The notes under the pieces are model-generated. The model searched no databases. It was not told where the DNA came from and was given only the letters and a program-made list of their open reading frames with translations. Below, one piece after another: positions 17,550 to 26,663 of a stretch of 64,000 nt of DNA (within the stretch, counting starts at the first letter, position 1; each line of letters opens with the position of its first letter). The position numbers and the translations under genes were made by a program. The DNA is from an uncultured bacterium (GTDB lineage Bacteria; Desulfobacterota; Deferrimicrobia; Deferrimicrobiales; Deferrimicrobiaceae), in contig CAVXQW010000003.1 of the NCBI GenBank assembly GCA_963764045.1, positions 4,647 through 68,646 of the forward strand. The letters run 5' to 3'.

Positions 17550-19148
17550 TTACCCGACGGGCAGAGTTACCCGGAAATCGGTTCCCTTTCCGGGGGCGCT
17601 GTCGATTTCCATCTTGCCGTTGTGGCGGGTCACGATGCCGTTGACGACCGAGAGACCCAACCCGGTCCCCTTCGCTTTTGTCGAGAAAAAGGGATCGAAG
17701 ATCCGGGCGCGGTCTTTCTCCTCGATCCCGACCCCCGTGTCGCGAACGCTTATCGTCACGGTGTTCGTATCCGGGTGGTAATCGGACCGGATCGTCAAGG
17801 TTCCCCCTTCTTCCATGGCTTCGCAGGCGTTGACGAGCAGGTTGAGGAACACCTGCTTCATGTGCGCCGGATCGGCCTGGATCTCCGGCAGGGGGTTCAA
17901 CAGTTTCACCACCACGATATTTCCGAGGCTCAGCTTGTTCGAGATAAGGGCAAGCGACTCGTCCACAACCTTGACGAGGTTCATCGGCTTGCGGGCCGGC
18001 TCCTTCGGCCGCGTGAAATCGAGCAGGTTCTGCACGATGGCGGTCGTCCTCTCGACCTCCCTGCGCATCGTATCAAGATACCCCTTGAATTTTGCGATTT
18101 CCTCCGGCCCGTACTGTCCCTGGGCGATCTTTCTCTCCATGAGCCGGATGTACGTGTAGACGCCGGTAAGCGGGTTGTTGATCTCGTGCGCCACGGTCGC
18201 CGCCAACGCGCCCACCGCGGCAAGCTTCTCCGAATGAAGGAGCTGCGACTGGGTCGCCTTGAGTTGCCGCGTCCGCTCTTCCACCTTGTTCTCCAGGTTC
18301 CGGATCCCCTCCTGGATCTCCTTATGGGCGTTCTGCAGGTTCATGGTCATCTGGTTGAACGACCTCGCCAGGTATCCCATCTCGTCGTTGGTCGTAACGT
18401 CGATGAAATGGTTGAGGTCTCCCCCCGAAATCCGTTTCGTGCCGAGAACAAGCTCCTTGACCGGTCTTTCTATGAAGTGGAAGAGGATGAGAGCGACGAT
18501 GATGAAGATGGCGAATACGGAGACGACGCTCACGACCAGGACCTTGCGGCGCGCCGACGCGATCAGGTTGTCCGCCTCGCTCAGGTCCATGGTGACGTCG
18601 ATCACACCGAGGACCTTCTGCGACCTGGGGTGGGCGTGGCACGCCGCGGAGGAGCACCCCGAATCGTTGTACATGGGATTGATGATCCCGAGAACGCGGT
18701 GGTTCACTCCATGCGGATCTTCGCTGTGATCGGAAAAGAAGATGCGGCTTCGCTCGGACCTCGCCAGCCGATCGAGCGGTCGGGCTTCCGAATGACATTT
18801 GAAGCACGCTTCCGCTTTCTTGTCGACCATCCGGCCGACCTCGCCGGTGTTGTCGCTGGAGAAGAGGATCTTCCCCTCGGAACTGTAGACCCGGACCTTT
18901 TCGATCCCCTCCTGCCGCCCGATCGTCTCCATGATCTTGTAGGCGGCTTCCTTCCGGTTCTCGAGCATGTCGTTCTGGATCGATTTCTTGATCGTCTCGC
19001 TGAGCTGCGAGGCGGTCCGGAGGATCGCATGGTTGAGGTTTTCCCTCTGGATGCTGAGAAAAAGATAGGAAAGGGCGCCGTTGACGATCAGGATCACCCC
19101 GACGACGCTCAGGATGATCTTCAATCCGATGCTATTGTGCCATTTCAT
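17550..19148 (-). CDS. HAMP-domain sensor histidine kinase with periplasmic c-type heme motifs
   Basis: Two TM helices; periplasmic CFKCH and CSSAACH; HAMP; AHEINNPL, NLLVNA, DTGVGI, FFSTK, GTGLGL. Confidence 0.92.
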   Translation of the reverse strand: MKWHNSIGLKIILSVVGVILIVNGALSYLFLSIQRENLNHAILRTASQLSETIKKSIQNDMLENRKEAAYKIMETIGRQEGIEKVRVYSSEGKILFSSDNTGEVGRMVDKKAEACFKCHSEARPLDRLARSERSRIFFSDHSEDPHGVNHRVLGIINPMYNDSGCSSAACHAHPRSQKVLGVIDVTMDLSEADNLIASARRKVLVVSVVSVFAIFIIVALILFHFIERPVKELVLGTKRISGGDLNHFIDVTTNDEMGYLARSFNQMTMNLQNAHKEIQEGIRNLENKVEERTRQLKATQSQLLHSEKLAAVGALAATVAHEINNPLTGVYTYIRLMERKIAQGQYGPEEIAKFKGYLDTMRREVERTTAIVQNLLDFTRPKEPARKPMNLVKVVDESLALISNKLSLGNIVVVKLLNPLPEIQADPAHMKQVFLNLLVNACEAMEEGGTLTIRSDYHPDTNTVTISVRDTGVGIEEKDRARIFDPFFSTKAKGTGLGLSVVNGIVTRHNGKMEIDSAPGKGTDFRVTLPVG

Positions 19149-19328
19149 CTCTGCGGGGGATCTCCAAATATGCATACAGTATACATAGTTCCCTCCGGGC
19201 GGGAAGGGAAAACCGCCGGATTCCACCCGGGTTCGCGGCGGGCTTCTGCGTCCCTCCGGGTCCGTGCTGGAGGTTGTTGTCTATCTAGAGAAATTTCATA
19301 TACCATGGATTCCTTTGGAGGGGGTTCC

Positions 19329-19805
19329 ATGAATCCGCCGAAACGGAAAAGGTTACTGTTATCATTCCACCAAAGCGTCCCGGTGCAAATTGCGATTTAT
19401 GCGATCCTTGTCATCTTGATGAGCAACCTCGACTCCCTGGTGGATCTTTTTTCCCATCCGGAGATTCCTTATTGGGACAAGGAACATGTGGTTGTCGGAG
19501 GAATCACCGGATTTATTGCGTTTGCGGTGTTCGGAATCTTTCTGCTCTATGTGCGCAATCTTCATGACGCACTGACCAAGATAAAGTCGCTCGAGTCCAT
19601 TTTGCCGATATGCTCGAATTGCAAAAAAATCAGAAGGCCGGGCTCCGACCCTTCGGAGCAAGGGTCGTGGCAGGAAATCGAGCCCTATATCACGGAAAAC
19701 ACTTCTTCCAGGCTAAGTCACGGGGTTTGCCCTGAATGCTTTGCCGCGCTGTACCCCGGCGTGAGGATCAAGGAATCAGGTCGTACGAAAGTCGGCACGC
19801 CCTAG
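19329..19805 (+). CDS. Two-TM membrane protein with a C-terminal ILPICxxCKKIR...SHGxCPEC Cys4 domain
   Basis: 3' part of the long ORF 17112-19805; RBS GGAGGGGG before ATG 19329. Confidence 0.75.
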   Translation: MNPPKRKRLLLSFHQSVPVQIAIYAILVILMSNLDSLVDLFSHPEIPYWDKEHVVVGGITGFIAFAVFGIFLLYVRNLHDALTKIKSLESILPICSNCKKIRRPGSDPSEQGSWQEIEPYITENTSSRLSHGVCPECFAALYPGVRIKESGRTKVGTP

Positions 19806-19876
19806 ATCTTCCCGGCGAATCCCCCGGAGCCCACCCCGTTCTTCGGCGATCGCCGGCGGATGTCCCCGCCGGCGTC

Positions 19877-20990
19877 TCAGGACAGAACCTCGACGAAGCT
19901 GTCGAACAGGCGGGGCTCGAACTCGGTGCCGCGGCCCTCTTTCATGATCGACAGGGCCTGTTCCACTTCAAAGGCCGTCTGGTAGCTGCGATAGGTGCGC
20001 AAGGCGTCGTAGACGTCGGCGATCTGCGTCATGTACGAGGCGACGTGCAGCGGCTCCTTGGTGTGGACCTTCGGATAGCCGGTGCGGTTGTACTTGATGT
20101 GATGCTCGAACGCGACGATCATCGGGAGGTCGGTGCCGCAGTCGATCCTCCGGAGGAGTTTCGCACCGTCCGCCGGGTGCCTCTTCACCATATTGAACTC
20201 GTCCATATCCAGCCGGCCGGGCTTGGTCAGGATGTCCGACGGGATCATCTCCTTCCCGATGTCGTGCAGCATGGCCGCCAGCCCTGCCTCGCGAATCCGG
20301 TTCTCGGGGAGACCGATGTGGGACGCCTGCGCCACGACGAGGATGCAGACGTTGAGCGAGTGGGTCACGGTGTAGTCGTCGTGTCCCTGCATGCGGATCA
20401 GCCGGTCGATGAGCATCCCTTCCTGGCGGAGCCCTTTCATGATGGAGGAGACGATGTCGCGACCTTCTTCCACCCCGGACCTCTTCCGTTCGGTGACCAT
20501 CGACACGAGGACGTTCTTCAGAACGTCCGCCGCGCCGGCCATGAAACCGGACGGCCGGGACGCGGGGCTCAGCCCGTGCGAGACGGCGCCGGCCGAGTCC
20601 GCCCCCTCGATCCTCCCGTAGACGATCGATTCCCAGATCTGATCCGATGGAGAGCCGGTCCCTGCCGCGAGGAAGTGGACGAAGCGCTTCAACTCCCCGA
20701 AGGTGATCCCCTGGGAGATCAGGATCTTCTCGATTCCCTTCTCCCGCATCCGTTCGATCAGCCGGGTGAGCGTGGGGTTCGGTTCCACGAACGGGGTCTC
20801 GTCCACCACGACGTGATCGCTGAAAAAACCGATGTTCAGCCCGCGTAATCGCTCCGCCTCGGACTGGGCGCGGCGGTGGAGGCGGACCAGGATCTCCTGG
20901 ACGCGCGGGTGGTTTTCGGGGTAGGCCGCCGCGCTCTGGATCGCCAACGCCAGGTCGGAAACGACCGGGAAAAGGGTATTCCGTCGTCAT
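19877..20990 (-). CDS. HD-GYP domain phosphodiesterase (frameshift close to the start)
   Basis: YTVTHSLNV, LHDIGK, EHH, TGYP, ADVYDALRTYRSY. ATG at 20990 overlaps the upstream stop and is one base out of frame. Confidence 0.88.
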
Positions 20991-23018
20991 TTTTTTGCCC
21001 TCAATGCATCGAGAAGAGCGGCGCAATGCTTCCGGACCTTCGTCCGGTTGCACTCCGCCCCGCGGTGGAGGAGGGCGAACCCCCTCGTGTTGCCGCACTG
21101 GAAGATGGCATTGGCGGCGTCGATCCGGAGCGCCTCCTCCTTGGCGGATTGCAGGAACGTATCGTTGAGGAGGATCTTCCCGAGGAAGGGGACCGAATCG
21201 GCGGCCCGCAGCTGTCCGAGGGCCAGGATGGCCTCCTTCCTCACCAGGAAGTCTTTGCGGTCGAGCATCCGGATCAGGTCGGGAACGACGGAAGGGTCTC
21301 CGATCCGTCCGAGGATGAGGCACAGGTTCCGAACGAAATACCAGTGCGGATCGTCGAGTTTCTCCAGGATCGCGGGGATCGCTTCCGCGTCGAATCGGGC
21401 GGCGAGGGAAAGGAGAAGTTTCCGGTTTCCCTGATCCGGTTCCATCAGCAGACGGTCGAGGAAGTCCCCGATCGACACCCCGACGAAGGAGACGAGGATC
21501 TCCTCGATCCGATCCTTTTCCAGTTTCGATGCGGCGGGCGAAAGATAGAGATCGATCATGTGAGCGAAATCCACCTCGTCGAACACGAGGGCGATCGAGG
21601 CCTTCCTGCTCTCCGGGGCGTTCCGGTGCACCGACGTCAAGGTGGAAAGCATCGTCTTCAGGAGGGGGAGCTCCCTGCGCGAAATCAGGTTGGGGATGAT
21701 TTTCCGGATCTCCTCGAGCAGTTCCAGGAACTCTCCCTCGGCTTCTTCTTCCGCGAGCAGTTCCAGCAGAACGCCGGCTCCCTTGAGGTGGAGGTTCTTC
21801 TCCTCGAATTCCGCCATGACGGCGGGGTCGGCCTGCGGCCTTCCTTCGGCCGTCGCGTTCGTCGCCGCGTCGAGGTTCGACAGCTTCTCCATGAGGCGGG
21901 AGTGGTCCTGTGCGAGGTAGTTTCCCTCGCTCCGCTGCAGCAACAGCCGCTCGATGGTTTCCCACGTCATCTGGGCGTAGTAGTTCTTCGTGCGGACGCT
22001 CTCGCGGGCCCGCTCCTGGACCGCGGGAAGGAGCGAGCCGTCCCGGTTCCTTTCGCCCGCGATGACTTCGAAGATCTTCCGGAACCGGGAACCGCTCTTC
22101 TCTTCCACGGTCACGAGGTTGGCCAGCATGTCGAGGAACTCGTCGTCCGAATCGGCTCCCGTCAGCGACCGGACGATGTCGGCCTCCGCGGGATCACCAC
22201 CGCTGTCGGCGCCGTCGACCGCATCCTTGGCCCCCGCGTCGAGGGACAGGATGACCGCGACCCTTTGCTCAACCGGAAGCCGGCGCAATGCGTTTCCCAG
22301 GCGGGCCAGGACCCGCTGGATCATTTCGGGGGACATCACGTCGGTGTGCGGATTCCGGGCCGGTCTCCGTGGGGGACGCTTTCCCGGCGGCGGCATTCAC
22401 CCGCTGCAGGATGGCCGGGATCATCTCGGGAGGGACCTGGAAATTCCCGGGAAGATCCTCGTCTCCTCCCCCGGTGGACACGTTCTCCGTGAGGATCATC
22501 CGCCAGAGCTCGTCCTCCCTGCTGGAGGATGGTGTCTCCTCCCCCGGGAGGAGGATTCTTCGCGAGAGAACTTCCTTGTAGTTGTACGGGTAGACTCCGA
22601 TCCCCCGCACCCCCTCGCCCTTCAGGATCTCGTCGAGCTTCCCTCCCCCCTTTTCCACGCGGAGCCGCTGGAGGGAGAGGAAGAATACGAGGAGTTCCTG
22701 CGGTGTGGCCTCGTTGGAGAAGTCGAGGGTAGCGACCTGCTGCAGGAAGAGCTCGGAGGTGAAGCTGCGGACGAGGCTGTTGCTGTTGCCGAGGAACACG
22801 TTCTGGTAAAGGATCTTGTCCTTGGCGATGCCGAGCAGAAGATGGCCGGACGCCTCCCCGGCCACGATGTCCGCGAGGTTCCGGTGGAGCTTCTCCACGC
22901 GGCCCGCGAGCGAAGGGTGCCCCGCCTGGTAGAGCGAGATCCAGTTGAACGTCAGGGCCATTTCCGCCACGAGTCGCTCGATCCGGCGAACATCCGGCCC
23001 TTCCATCGTAAGCTCCAT
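20987..23018 (-). CDS. HEAT-repeat domain protein (frameshift near 22370)
   Basis: C-terminal LDDPHWYFVRNLCLILGRIG, VRKEAILALG repeats; N-terminal half is in ORF 22269-23081. Confidence 0.78.
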
Positions 23019-23271
23019 CGCCCCCCCCGAATTATCGAGGATCTTGAATATCGTATCGGATGGGAAGGGGAGAATCTTCAATATTCTCGGCAGGAAAGGA
23101 GCGGATGGCGCGGAGCGTATCCCTGCAGGAAATTACGTACGCTCCTGGCGATTCCCGGGAGGTTATCACCGGGGGGTCGAAAGAAAGCGCGCGCTGCTCG
23201 AAAGGGAGGGTGGTACCATGACGCATGGTTGCTCCGGTTGGAGCACCATCACCCTGGAAAGGAGAAAAGCG

Positions 23272-23478
23272 ATGGACAGCGTTTACAAAGTCATCGAAAT
23301 CGTGGGCACGAGCAAAAATTCGTGGGAGGAAGCCGCGAAAAACGCGGTGGAGACCGCCGGGAAGTCCCTCGAGGACCTGAGAGTCGCGGAAGTCGTCAAA
23401 TTGGACCTGGCGATCGACAAGGGGAAGGTCGTCGCCTACCGGGCCCGGGTGAACATCTCCTTCAAGTATCGTTCGTAA
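23272..23478 (+). CDS. Dodecin family protein
   Basis: SVYKVIEIVGTS..SWEEAA..AVE.A..SL..LR...YRARVNISFKY. Confidence 0.9.
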   Translation: MDSVYKVIEIVGTSKNSWEEAAKNAVETAGKSLEDLRVAEVVKLDLAIDKGKVVAYRARVNISFKYRS

Positions 23479-23494
23479 CAGCGACAGGGACCCA

Positions 23495-23532
23495 TAAAAA
23501 GGAAAAGCCCCCGGAGGAATCCTCCGGGGGCT
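23495..23532 (-). terminator. Rho-independent terminator between convergent genes
   Basis: AGCCCCCGGAGG-AAT-CCTCCGGGGGCT hairpin followed on the minus strand by TTTCCTTTTT. Confidence 0.78.
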
Positions 23533-23553
23533 CCCTCTCTTCATTCCTTGCTG

Positions 23554-23868
23554 TTACGGGGAGTCGATGCCCAGATGGTCATTCATGCTTTCGGGCTCGA
23601 CCGTGATCACGTCGTTGCCATTGTCGTACGACATCTCCGGCAACGCCCCGGTTTCCACCGCCCCTCTTTCCTGGGCCATATTGTTGAGATTGTCCTCCGG
23701 CCAGTAGTCCGCTACGCCCCCAACCGCCGTAAAACCTGATTCCGTGGAGATCTGTTCGTCCGCCGTGGCAAATTGTGGAACCTCGCCGCTATAGTCCGCA
23801 ATCGCCAATCCGGTCAATGCACCCATAAGTACGCCAACCATCAGGAAGAAAACGAATTTCCGTGTCAT
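23554..23868 (-). CDS. Small acidic secreted hypothetical protein
   Basis: RBS GAGGGAGG, signal peptide ending AIA, D/E-rich mature part, own terminator. Confidence 0.7.
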   Translation of the reverse strand: MTRKFVFFLMVGVLMGALTGLAIADYSGEVPQFATADEQISTESGFTAVGGVADYWPEDNLNNMAQERGAVETGALPEMSYDNGNDVITVEPESMNDHLGIDSP

Positions 23869-24141
23869 GGCGCCTCCCTCCCTCTCTCCATCGGTTCTGT
23901 TGCCTCAATTGCGAATGAAATGATTCCCGTTCGTTCGATAAGTCGGCGGCGATGGAAGTTTCCTGAATCGGGAAGTTTCCCGCCCGATCGCCCCGCCGAT
24001 CCGTATCCCATGATCCGGTCCTTGGTTATCCTCGACGAACTTCCGAAGACAGATCCCCGTATCCCGTGCCATCATCGGGATGGGCGATCTTGCTTCCCGG
24101 CATGAAGCTCGAGGAGAATCCCCAGGAGGGAGTGCGTGTCG

Positions 24142-25342
24142 ATGACCGTTTCATCCGCAGGCCGGGAGGAGGGGGCGACGTCGCTCCAGGCGCGGGTGTT
24201 CCTGCTGGTGGCCGCGACGTTTTCGACGATCTACCTTACACAACCCGTGCTCCCGGTTCTGCGGGAGGAGTTCGGGGTCGACGCGGCGACGGCGTCCCTC
24301 ACGGTATCCGCCGTGATCTTCGGGATCGCGCTGGCCACCTTGCCGTTCGGACGGCTGGCGGACCGCTTCCCCGCCCGCCCGATCATCCTGCTTGGCGGGA
24401 CACTCGCTTCCCTGTGTCGGCTTCCTCTGCGCGGCCACGACCAGCTTCCCGCTCCTGGTGGCGGCGAGGTTTCTCCAGGGGGTTTTCGTCCCGTCGATCA
24501 CCACGTGCCTCGTGGTGTTCCTCGCCCGTCGTCTTCCCGCCGAGCGTCTGAACGTCGCGATGGGGGCGTACGTCTCCGCCACCGTGGCGGGGGGGCTGGG
24601 GGGAAGATTGCTCGCAGGGTTTCTTCATCCGCCCCTTCACTGGCGCTACGCCTTCGTCACCGCCTCCTCGTTTCTCCTCCTCGCGACCCTCGACGCGGGA
24701 CGATGGCTCCCGCGGGAGGAGAGGATCCCCGAGGCGGCGGGGAAAGAGGCGGGATTCGCCGCGCTGCTCTCACGCCACGACCTGTTGCGGATCTTTTCCG
24801 TCGGCGCCGCGTCTTTCGGGGCCTTCTCTTCCGTCTTCAACTACCTGCCGTTCCATCTTGCCGGGCCGCCGTTCCTGCTGTCCACGCATCTCATCACGAT
24901 GATGTACCTTTCCTACCTGGTAGGCGTCGCGATCGGCCCGTTGGCGGGGCGGCTCGGGAATCGCTTGGGGAACGGGGTCGCGATGGCGCTGGGGGGAGCG
25001 ATCTTCGGCGCTTCCATCCTCCTCACGCTGGTCCCGTTCGCTGCGGTCGTTGGCGCGGCGCTGGCAGGGGTATGCGCCGGTTTTTTCATCGTGCACACCG
25101 CCGCCGTGGGTGCGTTGAACCGGAAGCTGGCGACCGGTCGCGGAAGGGGGAATTCGCTGTACGTCCTTTTTTACTATCTCGGGGGGACGGCGGGGATCAC
25201 GGCGAGCGGCCTGGCGTATCGCCGTGCGGGATGGAGGGGCGTGGTCGCCCTGGTGCTGGTCCTCCTGCTGATCCCCGTCGCCGCGGGGATCCTGGAGGCG
25301 CGCGCGGACCTTCCCGTACGGGAGGGGGATAAGGCGCCATGA
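24142..25342 (+). CDS. MFS transporter, YnfM-like (frameshift near 24417)
   Basis: IYLTQPVLP, GRLADRFPAR, GAYVSATVAGGLGGR, NSLYVLFYYLGG; split over two frames. Confidence 0.85.
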
Positions 25343-25568
25343 TCCCGGCTCGAGAGGGTTCCTCCATCGTGGGAGGGTGGAAGCATGTTAGTTTTCACCC
25401 GCTTGCCCGCAAAGTTCGAGGAGGCGCTTCGGCCCGGGAGAGAAACAGGCAGCCTCCGTACCACGCAGTAAAGATCGCAGCCGGTTATTCCGATAACAGT
25501 TACCGGGATGGATCACGGATCATTCGTCCGCCATTCCGGATCGCGGTGCGAAAGGGGGGCCCCGGAAC

Positions 25569-26663
25569 ATGCCGAGAATCGATGCTTTCCTGAAGATCAT
25601 GCAGCAGTCCGGCGCGTCCGACCTGCACCTCGGGGACGGGTATTCCCCTTTTCTCCGGATGCACGGGATCCTGGAGGCGACGCAGCACCGGGTCTTCACT
25701 CCCGAGGAGGTGAAGATCCTTTTTTTCGAGATGCTGACGGACGCCCAGATCAGGGAACTGGAAGACGCAGGGGAAGTCGATTTCATGTACGAATTGCCCG
25801 AGGTGGCCCGGTTCCGGATCAATATCTATAAAAAGCACGTCGGGTTGGCCGGCGCCTTCCGGATCATTCCCAACAAGATTCCGACGCTCGACGGGTTGGG
25901 GTTCCCGGATAGCCTCAAGAAGCTGTTGTCCCAGAGGAACGGCCTGATCCTGGTGACCGGCCCGACGAACTCCGGGAAGACGACGACGCTCGCGGCCATG
26001 GTGGACCATCTGAACGAGACGAGGAATCACCACATCATCACGCTCGAGGACCCCCTCGAGTACATCCACACGAACAAGAACTGCCTGATCAACCAGCGGC
26101 AGATCGGCCAGCACAGCCGGTCCTTCGCCAAGGCGCTGCGTTCGGCCCTCCGTGAAGATCCGAACGTGGTCCTCGTGGGCGAGATGCGGGACAACGAAAC
26201 GATTTCCCTGGCGCTCACGGCGGCGGAAACCGGCCTGCTCGTGCTTGGGACGCTTCACACGAAATCGGCGGCCCAGACCGTCAGCCGGATCGTGGACGCG
26301 TTTCCCGCGAATCAGCAGGACCAGGTCCGGATGGCGCTGTCGGAGGTCCTCGTGGGCGTCTGCAGCCAGCAGCTCGTGAAACGGGCGGACGGTTCGGGTC
26401 GGATCGCGGCGCTCGAGATCATGATGAGGACGCCCGCGATCGGCAACCTCATTCGCGAATCGAAAACGCAGCAGATCGGAAACGCCCTTGTCACCGGCAG
26501 GGCGCTGGGAATGCAGAAGCTGGAACACCACCTCCGGGACCTGGTTTCCCGGAAAATCATCAACCCGGAAGATGCGGCCCTGCACGCCGAGAACCCGCAG
26601 GAGTTCCTCGTCGCGAGGAAAGACGGTCCTGCGGAAAAACTCCCTCCGCCGAGAACCCCGTGA
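25569..26663 (+). CDS. pilT: Type IV pilus twitching-motility ATPase (PilT/PilU family)
   Basis: ASDLHL, RFRINIY, GPTNSGKTTT, ITLEDPLE, ALREDPNVVLVGEMRD, GTLHT, AIGNLIRE. Confidence 0.9.
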   Translation: MPRIDAFLKIMQQSGASDLHLGDGYSPFLRMHGILEATQHRVFTPEEVKILFFEMLTDAQIRELEDAGEVDFMYELPEVARFRINIYKKHVGLAGAFRIIPNKIPTLDGLGFPDSLKKLLSQRNGLILVTGPTNSGKTTTLAAMVDHLNETRNHHIITLEDPLEYIHTNKNCLINQRQIGQHSRSFAKALRSALREDPNVVLVGEMRDNETISLALTAAETGLLVLGTLHTKSAAQTVSRIVDAFPANQQDQVRMALSEVLVGVCSQQLVKRADGSGRIAALEIMMRTPAIGNLIRESKTQQIGNALVTGRALGMQKLEHHLRDLVSRKIINPEDAALHAENPQEFLVARKDGPAEKLPPPRTP

